From the NCBI RefSeq assembly GCF_001194135.2, contig NC_068985.1:31221792-31285791 (forward strand): DNA of 64,000 nucleotides, in the 5' to 3' direction. The notes below the pieces were generated by a model. It did not search any database and had not been told where the DNA came from. It worked only from the letters and a program-made list of their open reading frames with translations. Each line of letters begins with the position of its first letter. Positions within the stretch are counted from its first letter, which is position 1. This document shows positions 40,001 to 49,782 of this stretch, in pieces. The translations under genes were made by a program, and so were the position numbers. This DNA is from Octopus bimaculoides (lineage: Eukaryota).

Positions 40001-43000
40001 GTCAAGCAACGACAAGGACTCTCTTGTAAACCAATGGGAGCAGGGCTGAAGCATGAATTTTTCAAAGGTGATGGTTGCTACATCCAAGAGCTACGACAAA
40101 CAGGCTTCACAACTTGGGGCGTTTCTTTGTTTTTCATAATTTTACACATTCACAATTACTGTAGTCACATTTTCTCTAATATCTAAATCAGATATGTTAT
40201 ATCAGGAGACACTTTCTCTAGTTTGTGTCTTTTGCTTGCCAATTTCTAGAAACCATGTTTCAAGTATTTTTTGAAGCTGATATTTTTTTTCTTTCCTTCT
40301 TTCAATAATTCAAAATCAACAATACATCAGAATGCTTTCATATAAAATTCTGCAAAGTTTAAATACCAAAGGTGAACATTATTTTAATTTTTTCTTTGGC
40401 ATGGTCCTACTAAATTTTGGCCTGTATAAAGCCTTTCTTTTCATATTATAAATAATACATAAAAAATTCTAATTCATAATTAAGCTTATCTTGAAATTCT
40501 CTGAGGGAATTTATTGCTAGTTAGGTTAAATGAACAGTAAATATTCTACGATAAAATTTAATTACATTGTTAGGAATTAAAATTGTGTAAATTATTAAGT
40601 TTAAACTAGAAAAAAACCTTTTGCTCTAGAAACCAAGTGAAACAGGAACTTTTTGCAAATTATTTTTCAATTTATTATTCTGTAAATGGTTATAATCATG
40701 CAGGAATACAAACCATGTTTTAAAAAAAATCTTCAGTAAATTTCTGTTGATAATTAGTTACTATGTTCAATACATATGATTTAAGTCTAAATATATATCA
40801 ATTGATAATTAATCCACTAATCACTTAAATACCAGGTTTCCCCGATGTATTTTAAAACTTTTGAAGTTACAGAATCTGCTAAATTAAAGAATGCTCCAAA
40901 ATAATCCTGAAATCTATACATTACTGAACTATATGAATAATCAACAGATCATTTTGTGTGTTCCTAAACTGTGCCAATTTACTATGTCACTATTTCATCG
41001 CAAGTTACTTTCAGCCTGTCGTATTGTTTTTACATAAAAGAAGCAAAAAGATTTCCAAAACACGTCGCTTTATTTCAACATCTCAATTGTCTTTTTTTAA
41101 ATATCAAATCACGTAACGTTTTTTTTATTAAGGTACAAAGTGTGCCTTAATCATAATTTGTAGAATATACTGACACATGATGTTACAGCCAGTTTATCAA
41201 ATAAGAAGTTAGCAATTATAAATTAGTCAACGTATTAGGTATTTATGCCCCATATGAAGTTTTACTAGGGACTTACTTATTCTCACAGAATGGTTCAATG
41301 GCACTGATGATTGGTCAGTCTGTTCCACCTGCAGTGTGTGCTGCACTCACTGAATAGGAGTTGTTTGAGCACTGACATTCACCCTTGCAGGCCAATGTTG
41401 GTAGATTATTGTCTTATCTGTTGAGCTGGCAAACTGAAGGCAACCTGTTTCTCTGGACTGCAAGTGTGACCTGTTGCACTGGAGCAGTCGTCCATCACTG
41501 TGCATTTTGACGATGGTTACCATATCTAATTTTCTTGAAGGACAGACACTCTGCTGCCTATAACTTAATTCAGGAAGGCCTTTAGCATTTCCGTTGTTAT
41601 TTCTTTCTTCTGGCATTCAACCTTTCTCAGATTTGATTGTCTTTACAATCTGTGATAGTAAATATTTCCTTACCGTTATTAAGACTTCTCTCTCCTCCGT
41701 TTTCTGGGTACGGATAGGTTTCTTCTTGGTATGGATCATATGGGATACTTGCTCCAAACCAATGTGGACGGGGATTTCTGTTTTGGTACATAGTTGTTTT
41801 TGTAAGGCAAAATTTTTCAAAATGGTGTAACCTGTGGCATTTTCTGCATTCTTTGTTAAATGCATGACAGTCTTTTTTTCTCTTTCCATGGTTTTTTCCA
41901 CATCTTCCACACGATCTGGTATTTTTCACCGTTATTTCATGACATGAGTCAGTTTTTCCTTCATTAGCATCATTATAACATGTACTGCTTTCTATCGTAA
42001 CTTCATATGTCCGTATGCTCTCAATAGCTAACTCGAGAGTAAGATCTGGTTCGTCTACAAGATTTTTTATTTCATTTCTCCATTTCAGTCCTTTTATTAT
42101 TTGTTCAAGGATTCTCTCCTCCTGGTTTGTGCCGAAGTCGCATCTTTCGGCTTTTGATTTAAGTCGATCTAAATATTCGTCAACTGACTCTTCAATTTGT
42201 TGTATTAAAGAGAACTCTAAGCGTTCAACCCATTTGTTTGGTTTTTCTATCTGATGGGCTTCAGAAGTTCTGAATAGGTTTGCTGATATTTCTTCCTGTT
42301 CAGCCGTCATTAATTCTCGACCCTCACCTATGCTAAGTAAAATATAGCTGTTTAAGTTTTTCGTCTAGTTCGTTAGCAATGAAATAAGAGCTCATAAAAT
42401 CGACCCATTTGTTAAGTCTCGCACTTGTTCTCGTTAGACAGAATCTTGGGAATAGGATTAATGACGCCACCATTTCTCACGCTTGCCGCTCGATTCAGTT
42501 CACTTGGACACGTTTAAAAAAAAAACACAGAAAACTCCTTTACCATATGACCATCACCTTTGCAATTATTTGCTTTCATTTTTTTTTTATTACTTTTTTA
42601 ATCTGTAAATATAACAGGCATATCGCTGTACCACTGCCACTAAGGCATATTTGTTGTTTTACACAAATGAAGCAGACGGATTTTTAAAATATGTTACTTT
42701 ATTTCGCCACCTAAATAATGTTTTCTTAAATAGAAAACCACGTGATTCATGAAGGTACACTCAAGGGGACGTATCATCGATACATCATGGCCCAGAGATA
42801 TAATTCGTATTTGTGTTGAATAACAACTGCATTAAAATGCCTGACCAGAGATTTTATGAACGAAATAAAATTGTCATTAGGAACTTTATTTTTCTTAGTA
42901 TGATTATTTTTATTCTAAATTCAAGAATTTAAAATCTGTATGGTTCTTAAAATACATAACTGAATAAACACAAGTTTTGCACAACTGATCAATACAATAT

Positions 43001-43481
43001 TATAAAAAATCTTTCTAACGTCGATGACAATATGAAATAGTATGTTTTTAATTTAATTTTCAAACATTAAAATACTACAGCAAAGCAATTTCTCCACTCT
43101 TGCATTAATAGTAATTGCTTTCGTCCTTTTGCGCAGTATACCGACACATGCTGTCATTCAACAAGATAGACATGTTTTCATTTAAACAAATATACATTCA
43201 TTTGATTAATTTAAAACACTACATCTTCAATGGTTTCACATTAATATATAAACATGAGTAACAATCTAAAATGCTCAATGAGACAAAAAAAAAAAGTGAG
43301 GGATATTTCGATATAGTCATAATACAAAGTGACCATGCGGGAGTAATTCAAACGAGTGCGTACCGATATTCCCTCGCCCGCATTTCCTCAGCCCTTCTGT
43401 AAATATTTCAAAGGAATCGAGCCAAAATTTTTGTATTCCGCGATGACTAAACTACGGAATGGTTTATTGATTTACACACAC

Positions 43482-43539
<58 letters not shown>

Positions 43540-43541
43540 TA

Positions 43542-43576
<35 letters not shown>

Positions 43577-43883
43577 GAAACTCAGTGGAAGCCACGTATA
43601 ATTACGGATGTTATCAACCGGTTATTTTCATCATACTTAGACGAGGTCCCAAACTTATTATTTGCCTAATGTTATCAGCCGGTTACTGCTGTCGGGAAGT
43701 TTTTGTCCCAAAGTGATCGCAATAAGAGGCTTCCACTGAATATATAAACAGAACCAACAGGTTACAGTTCAATCACAGTAGAAAATAAACATCGAACATA
43801 TAGAAAAAATTCCTTACATATATATTATAAAAATATTTTATACATGTCAATAGAAAAGTTTAAGACTTACCGGGAGGACCCAT
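33925..43883 (-). CDS. FBL: rRNA 2'-O-methyltransferase fibrillarin, 312 aa, 8 coding exons
   Basis: complement join(43871-43883,38152-38340,37979-38038,37775-37869,36397-36567,35112-35244,34904-35016,33925-34089) = 939 nt. GAR (RGG) domain, [49 protein letters not shown]; all introns GT-AG. Confidence 0.98.
34904..35016 (-). CDS. FBL: Fibrillarin exon 7 ([17 protein letters not shown]...VISIK)
   Basis: tttccag acceptor, AAG|gtaaat donor. Confidence 0.98.
35112..35244 (-). CDS. FBL: Fibrillarin exon 6 ([17 protein letters not shown]...KYRMLV)
   Basis: ttctatag acceptor, G|gtaagc donor. Confidence 0.98.
36397..36567 (-). CDS. FBL: Fibrillarin exon 5 ([17 protein letters not shown]...DLVGP)
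   Basis: ttccag acceptor, CCA|gtgagt donor; SAM-binding motif. Confidence 0.98.
37160..37670 (-). mobile_element. LINE 3' UTR fragment with (GAT)n tail and internal duplication, in fibrillarin intron 4
   Basis: (CAT)n-ttaacgtcc start like the RTE tails; a block at about 37325-37430 repeats at about 37533-37650. Confidence 0.65.
37775..37869 (-). CDS. FBL: Fibrillarin exon 4 ([10 protein letters not shown]...YGEKKIVVE)
   Basis: caaatag acceptor, GAA|gtaagg donor. Confidence 0.97.
37979..38038 (-). CDS. FBL: Fibrillarin exon 3 ([20 protein letters not shown])
   Basis: tttttag acceptor, G|gtaagc donor. Confidence 0.97.
38152..38340 (-). CDS. FBL: Fibrillarin exon 2 (GAR domain)
   Basis: tttctttcag acceptor; [11 protein letters not shown]...; G|gtaaat donor. 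Confidence 0.97.
41627..42310 (-). CDS. Gypsy (Mag-like) Gag ORF, 227 aa: capsid C-terminal region plus two zinc knuckles, inside fibrillarin intron 1
   Basis: [24 protein letters not shown]...[10 protein letters not shown]...[14 protein letters not shown] is the retrotransposon gag pattern; knuckles CGRCGKNH(x6)C and [14 protein letters not shown]. Whether it is expressed is unknown. Confidence 0.75.
   Translation of the reverse strand: MTAEQEEISANLFRTSEAHQIEKPNKWVERLEFSLIQQIEESVDEYLDRLKSKAERCDFGTNQEERILEQIIKGLKWRNEIKNLVDEPDLTLELAIESIRTYEVTIESSTCYNDANEGKTDSCHEITVKNTRSCGRCGKNHGKRKKDCHAFNKECRKCHRLHHFEKFCLTKTTMYQNRNPRPHWFGASIPYDPYQEETYPYPENGGERSLNNGKEIFTITDCKDNQI
43583..43738. mobile_element. 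pogo/Tigger-type MITE in fibrillarin intron 1
   Basis: TIR CAGTGGAAGCC / GGCTTCCACTG; internal repeat TTATCA(A/G)CCGGTTA twice; TA flanks not preserved. Confidence 0.65.
43871..43883 (-). CDS. FBL: Fibrillarin exon 1 coding part (MGPP-G)
   Basis: ATGGGTCCTCCCG|GTAAGT; phase 1 fits exon 2 (G-FSPRG), the same split as in vertebrate FBL. Confidence 0.85.
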
Positions 43884-43912
43884 TTCAGATAATTATTTCG
43901 AACTAAATTATC

Positions 43913-44006
43913 CACGTGCGTCTAAAGGAAGTAGTTAACTGAATTGTGGAACTCTTCGACAATGAAAAGTTATTTGCTCATCAAAGTTTGACTTCCTCTC
44001 ACGAGA
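43913..44006 (-). promoter_or_regulatory. Putative fibrillarin promoter/5' UTR motifs: E-box CACGTG (43913-43918), ETS core GGAAGT (43991-43996), near-palindrome TCTCACGAGA (43997-44006)
   Basis: Motifs read directly, 30-125 bp upstream of the ATG; function inferred. Confidence 0.4.
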
Positions 44007-44607
44007 CCGGGTAAAAACTATTCTGGAACCAAATAACGAAATTTAATAAAGTCAATTAGAAGTAATATGCATTTTTAATATTTGATCTTCTAGTAATATT
44101 TTCGACATAAGCGCATATTTTGCATCGACAAATGGAAATGATGTTAGAGGAATGAGAATTAATTTATTTTGTTTTACATGCGCGTGTATGTACGTAAATA
44201 AGTCGTCTAAAAGTCCATAAGTCAGGAAAAAGATACACTTGTATTTCTGTTAATACACTGGTTATATTACCCGAAGTGGGCGGAGATAAAGATCATGGAC
44301 CGCACCCTATTTGCGATTTTGGGGGATTTTATTTTTATATGAACACACTATATGGAGGGCGGAGATTCCGAATCTGCAAAAAAATCTGCATTTCAAAATT
44401 CAAATCCCACCCCTAAATTTCTTAAATTTTCACTTAAAAAAATTTTTTTTTTGGCGAAATACGTAGAAAATACGGAGATTATGATTCTGAAGAAAAAAAA
44501 ATTCTGTCCTTCATTCCCAGGGAGTGGTACACATGTCATTCATTTCCAGAACGTTGTACACGTCATTCATTTCTAGGAAGTTGTACACACCCAGAGGATT
44601 CCTTATT

Positions 44608-44699
44608 GGCTATCTCTGATGAGCGTAGGGTTATACAATCAGATTGTTACCTAACACTCCGTCATATCCCTAGCGCAAAACCGATTGGTAAGATCAGCC
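44608..44699 (+). ncRNA. Type I hammerhead ribozyme fold with G12->A core substitution, probably inactive
   Basis: Stem I GGCT-ATCT / AGAT-c-AGCC; core CTGATGA (44616-44622); stem II GCGTAGGG / CCCTA-g-CGC; AAAA in place of GAAA (44677-44680); stem III ACC-gatt-GGT; cleavage triplet GTA (44688-44690). Confidence 0.75.
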
Positions 44700-44815
44700 G
44701 TGATGAATATATAATACTGTACACTTCGGATAATATATATTTTAATGGTGACTACAGTAGCAGGGACGTCAGTACCAATGGTAGAGGCACCAGTAACAGT
44801 GACAGGAGCAAATGT

Positions 44816-45720
44816 TAATAGATAAACATTTCACTAGTTTGCATAGATACAGATACGTTTTCAACAGGCACGACCTTAGGGTCTCTTTTAGCTGTGCCCC
44901 CAGTATTAAGAGCATTCTAGTTAGCATCTCTAGACTACAAGTGAAGGCAGGATATTCATGCAAGGACTGCAACAGATGTTCATTGAGGGACCACTGTGAA
45001 ACCAAGGGCATTGTCTATGAAGTCAAGGTACTGGCCAACTCTAACAGCAGCAGCTCCCCTAACGGTGACTACAGTTGCAAGGACATTAGTACCAATAGTA
45101 GCAGCAGCAGAAATGTGAACAGAACCAACAGCACCATTGCCAGCAATAACAACATCAATGACAGTATCCCTAATGACCACAGCAGCATCAGCATCCCTAA
45201 TGGCTACGTCTACAGCAGCAGGCTCGACAGTTCCAGTAGCTGCAGTGGCAGTACCATCAGCAGCAATAACAACAATAACATCGAAGATAAGCAATGGCGT
45301 TATCCCTAACAGAAACAGCAGCAAAGACATTGCTAATGACATCTACAACAACAATGACAGTGCTTCCATCAATGGTGATAGCCATAATAACAATAATGGC
45401 AACTTGGCCAACACTGGCAATGGCAGCACCAACACCATCACCACCTCCAATGACGCCAACACCAGCAGTACCAGCACCAGCAACAGTGGCAGGAGCAACA
45501 GACACACCACTGTCATCACCCAACCACAGAGATACATCGGTTGTTCCAGGAACTCATTCAAGCAATGCCTCTCCAACCACAGATCCTCTTTAAGGATACC
45601 GGAAAGGAGATTCGTCACGTCATTAGCCAGCCATATTTTACCCCCAGGCTCCACTATAACTTTCCAAAAAATGAATGCCCACTGGTGGTTGGAAAAAAAA
45701 ACAACTTTATTTTTAATATT
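44816..45720 (+). mobile_element. Penelope-like retroelement relic (linker plus GIY-YIG endonuclease), frameshifted and split by a low-complexity block
   Basis: VFNRHDLRVSFSCAPSIKSI, Cys cluster CKDCNRCSLRDHC, GIVYEVKV, then in another frame YIGCSRNSFKQCLSNHRSSL...TSLASHI. Confidence 0.8.
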
Positions 45721-46213
45721 TCACCACAATTATTTAATACAAAAGAATCTACTAGTATGTCTTTTATTAAGTACTGAGTACAAAAAAAGTACATTATTGA
45801 CTAAGATAAAAATGGTGAATCACTTTAATGAGAATCTTGTGCCTGACAACTACAGCACCACACCCCACCACACTTTTTTCTAGGTCCCACATTGGAAATC
45901 ACTGCCTTAGAAGGACACTCTCCTGAGAGAATGTTTAAGAACCTGGATGAAAAATCTTTTTAATCTGGCTATATATCATGAGACTATTTGTATTTTGTAT
46001 GCAGAATGCTCCTCTAACTGAATTTATCTCAACCATATCCATTGATCATAGAGCTAAGGAAAAATAAAGGAAAAGTATGGTGCTGATTATGTATATCAAC
46101 AATATGTTGAAGGAAAATACCTCAGAAGAGCATGTGGCGTATTAAATGCAAATGCTGTTGAATCTTACATATATAATGTTTTTTTTATGTTGGCATTCCA
46201 TCGCTTACGATAT

Positions 46214-46552
46214 CGAAGGTTCCAGTTGATCCGATCAACGGAACAGCCTGCTCATGAAATTAACGTGCAAGTGGCTGAGCACTCCACAGACACGTGTACC
46301 CTTAACGTAGTTCTCGTGGATATTCAGCGTGACACAGTGTGACAAGGCTGACCCTTTGAATTACAGGCACAACAGAAACAGGAAGTAAGAGTGAGAGAAA
46401 GTTGTGGTGAAAGAGTACAGCAGGGTTCGCCACCATCCCCAGCCAGAGCCTTATGGAGCTTTCGGTGTTTTCGCTCAATAAACACTCACAACGCCCGGTC
46501 TGGGAGTCGAAACCGCGAGTCCACTGCCCTAACCATTGGGTCATTGCACCTC
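46214..46552 (-). mobile_element. tRNA-derived SINE
   Basis: Reverse complement of the family at 13723-14088. Confidence 0.75.
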
Positions 46553-46664
46553 CACATATATAATGTAACTAGTTACAAAAGCTTTGATGAATTGAATCCA
46601 ACCTATTAGTTTACTAGATGCATGAGATTTCTACAAATGTTAGGCCTCACTATCAATGAATATG

Positions 46665-49600
46665 TGTAGGAAAGTGGTTATACACCATTAGGTGTATACC
46701 CGCTTCCGTACATTAAATTTCTTGAAGAAACAACGGAACGCAGATTCTGAACTATCAACACAACAATATTTATTTACAGAGGAAATAGGCAGCACTTCGC
46801 CCTTTGGTTGCTGAGACGCCGTCAATGATGTTGGTGGTTATTTGTCTAGCTCCAGAGTTGGAATGTTGGAGACAGACTGCTATGTCTTGGCTCTTCGTCA
46901 GCCGGCGAGAAAGAGAAATGAATAAGGGCGCGAAGCTTGGATATCGATGACTACGCATGCGCATGAGACTCTTCCTGTGTTCCTTCCGGAACTAGTCCCT
47001 GCGCATGCGTGGATAATCTTTCCAGAAATGTTGTCTGCTATTTAAGGCATCACTACATGGCTCCCCTGCAAGTGCCGAAAGCACAAAAATAGAAAATTTG
47101 GAGGGACGCCTGAGGCAAGATGGCCACCGAAACCACCCACCAGATGTGGCACAAACATACACAAAGAAAAATCAAAGAAATGAGTGTACACTTGTGAGAT
47201 ACATGCATGCAATGTATAAATGAATTGACAATGACAAAACAACCGTGATGACAACTGTCCAGGAAACTGGAATCACTTGATGTAAAAGTCTGATTTTTTT
47301 GTTTTTTCTGAAAGGAAAGAAAATATATGAGTGCACAAGTGTGTGTGTGAGAGAAAACACAGAACATAGTAAAAGTGTCTGTAATATAGACTGTGAAAAG
47401 TCTTAAAACACTGAGATAGAGAAAACCAATTCATATTAAAATTCCACAAGGAGATAGAATGTTCATACGCAGGAAGTTGCGGTCAAGGAGCAGAGCTGTA
47501 GTTGAGCGTCGGATGCTGGGATNNNNNNNNNNNNNNNNNNNNNNNNNNNNNNNNNNNNNNNNNNNNNNNNNATATTAAAATTCCACAAGGAGATAGAATG
47601 TTCATACGCAGGAAGTTGCGGTCAAGGAGCAGAGCTGTAGTTGAGCGTCGGATGCTGGGATCTGTGTTACCTGGTACGGAATATTCTGGCTGGTTAGTTT
47701 TGGTCTGTAGATCGTGAGTGGAAACATCCACTCTAACAGGGTCGAGATAAAACTGCGCTTGTTGATGTTGGTTGCTTGTGTACGTGTAGAAGACATGTTG
47801 CTGCTGGCGACGTCGGGGGCGATGCTTGTAGTTCGCAGTGGTTGTTGATGTCATTGCTGGAAACTGACTGGAGCTGTGTTCTGTATGTGTGTTTGCGATG
47901 GTGTATGCATTGGTAAAGATGTTGACAGTGGTGTGTGTGGTGTTTGAAAAACGGGCATGTCGTACACAAAAGTTGAGGGTTTGTCAAGGTACGCTTTTTC
48001 AGACGGTCGACAGACACAATCTCTGTACGACCATTAGTGTTGACCTTGAAATTCAACCCAAGACTGCGGGTTGGGCAACGCATGTAAGGCAGCCTTAAAT
48101 TACCTATGAAAACGCTCAACCATCCCATTAGAAGCGGGATGGTAGCTGGTGGTGCGTATCATCATCATCATCATCATCATCGTTTAACGTCCGCTTTCCA
48201 TGCTAGCATGGGTTGGACGATTTGACTGAGGACTGGTGAAACCGGATGGCAACACCAGGCTCCAGTCTGATTTGGCAGAGTTTCTACAGCTGGATGCCCT
48301 TCCTAACGCCAACCACTCAGAGAGTGTAGTGGGTGCTTTTACGTGTCACCCGCACGAAAACGGCCACGCTCGAAATGGTGTCTTTTATGTGCCACCCGCA
48401 CAAGCCAGTCCAGGGGCACTGGCAACGATCTCGCTCGAAAATCCTACAGGAGCCAGTCAGGCGGTACTGGCGGAGAGAGANNNNNNNNNNNNNNNNNNNN
48501 NNNNNNTGACAGGGCGTCTATTTGAGAGGTACCGTTGAGTGGCATCGCTGGAAAATGCTGTCATGAATTCGGAGCTGCGAGCGAAAATGACCAAAAGATC
48601 CCGTGCAAATGAAGATAAGCCAGTAACTCTTCCATTCTCCGGCCGAGAGAAACAGAGAGGTGACGAAATATGCTGAACTGCGAACAAGTAAGCATCAACA
48701 AATGTTATGTACTCACTGAAATGTAACTGTGCATTTTACTGCTATTTTCAGCAAGTAGAGGATGCTGTGTAAGAATGAATTGACGTCTCGTGAAACATGT
48801 AGGAAACTGCTCAAAAAGTTGTTAGGATGAAATAACCGTGAAGTTTTTGTGTGAAAAGCCACAAAGGTCTTAGCAATAAAGAAGTCTTTGGTTATAGGCT
48901 CTGGAAGTCATTGACAAAATGAAAAACTTTAACGTAGAAAAATTGTCTTAGCTTTTCACTTGTGTTTAATGAGAATGTAGAGGCAATCCTGAAGTTGAAC
49001 GTCGCGAAACATACGAATTCAATGGCTGTTGAAACGAGGTCTGTAGATCTTTTAGCTCGGGGTACCAATTGTAGTATTATTGGTCGGCAGATCAGAATTT
49101 CCACTGCAGTTGGTCTTTATTCGGGGTCATCAATTGTAGGGAAGTACCGTGTGATGACCAAAAGAATGTCCTGCAGCTGTGAAATAAGCTGATGCGAGTG
49201 ATAGTGTGTATTCTCTATCTGTGATGAGCATGTTGACGGCTCGTGTAGTATTGTCGGTCAGCAGTTCAGATTTTCGGCTGCTGTTGTTCTTACTCGGGGT
49301 CACCAATTGTAGGAATTCTCCGGGCTGCGTTTGTTCTTGAGTCAGGGTCACCAATTGTAAGAAAGTGGTTATACACCATTAGGTGTATACCCGCTTCCGT
49401 ACATTAAATTTCTTGAAGAAACAATGGAACGCAGATTCTGAACTATCAACACAACAATATTTATTTACAGAGGAAATAGGCAGCACTTCGCCCTTTGGTT
49501 GCTGAGACGCCGTCAATGATATTGGTGGTTATTTGTCTAGCTCCAGAGTTGGAATGTTGGAGAGAGCCTGTCTCCAGAGTTGGAATGTTGGAGAGAGACT

Positions 49601-49782
49601 GCTACAACGTCTTGGCTCTTCGTCGGCCGGCGAGAAAGAGAAATGAATAAGGGCGCGAAGCTTGGATATCGATGACTACGCATGCGCATGAGACTCTTCC
49701 TGTGTTCCTTCCGGAACTAGTCCCTGCGCATGCGTGGATAAGCTTTCCAGAAATGTTGTCTGCTATTTAAGGCGTCACTACA
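46665..49782 (-). mobile_element. Young non-autonomous Gypsy LTR retrotransposon (CsRn1-like)
   Basis: LTRs 46665-47057 and 49356-49782 (TG...CA, about 8 substitutions plus a roughly 31-bp duplication by eye). TATG target duplication at 46661-46664 and 49783-49786. Minus-strand PBS TGGTGACCCTGAC after the 5' LTR and PPT AGGGGAGCCA before the 3' LTR. The only coding remnant is an integrase tail (TNGRTEIVSVDRLK). Confidence 0.93.
48157..48480 (-). mobile_element. RTE LINE 3' UTR nested inside the LTR element
   Basis: Reverse complement of 11596-11872 with a (CAT)n tail. Confidence 0.9.

Noticed and set aside
43582-43634. Minus-strand ATGATGA...CTGA resembling a C/D snoRNA in fibrillarin intron 1
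   Set aside because: It lies inside a MITE, box D is part of the TIR, and there is no good terminal stem or target.
46115-46165. CAGAAGA-GCAT...ATGC-AAA as a second hammerhead at the Penelope 3' side
   Set aside because: Two core changes and no convincing stems I and III.
47436-47661. Exact direct repeat of about 87 bp on both sides of a short gap
   Set aside because: Typical unmerged contig overlap, most likely an assembly artefact.
49056-49360. Repeat-spacer pattern as a CRISPR array
   Set aside because: Eukaryotic context, irregular spacing, spacers related to each other, and the repeat is explained as LTR end plus PBS.
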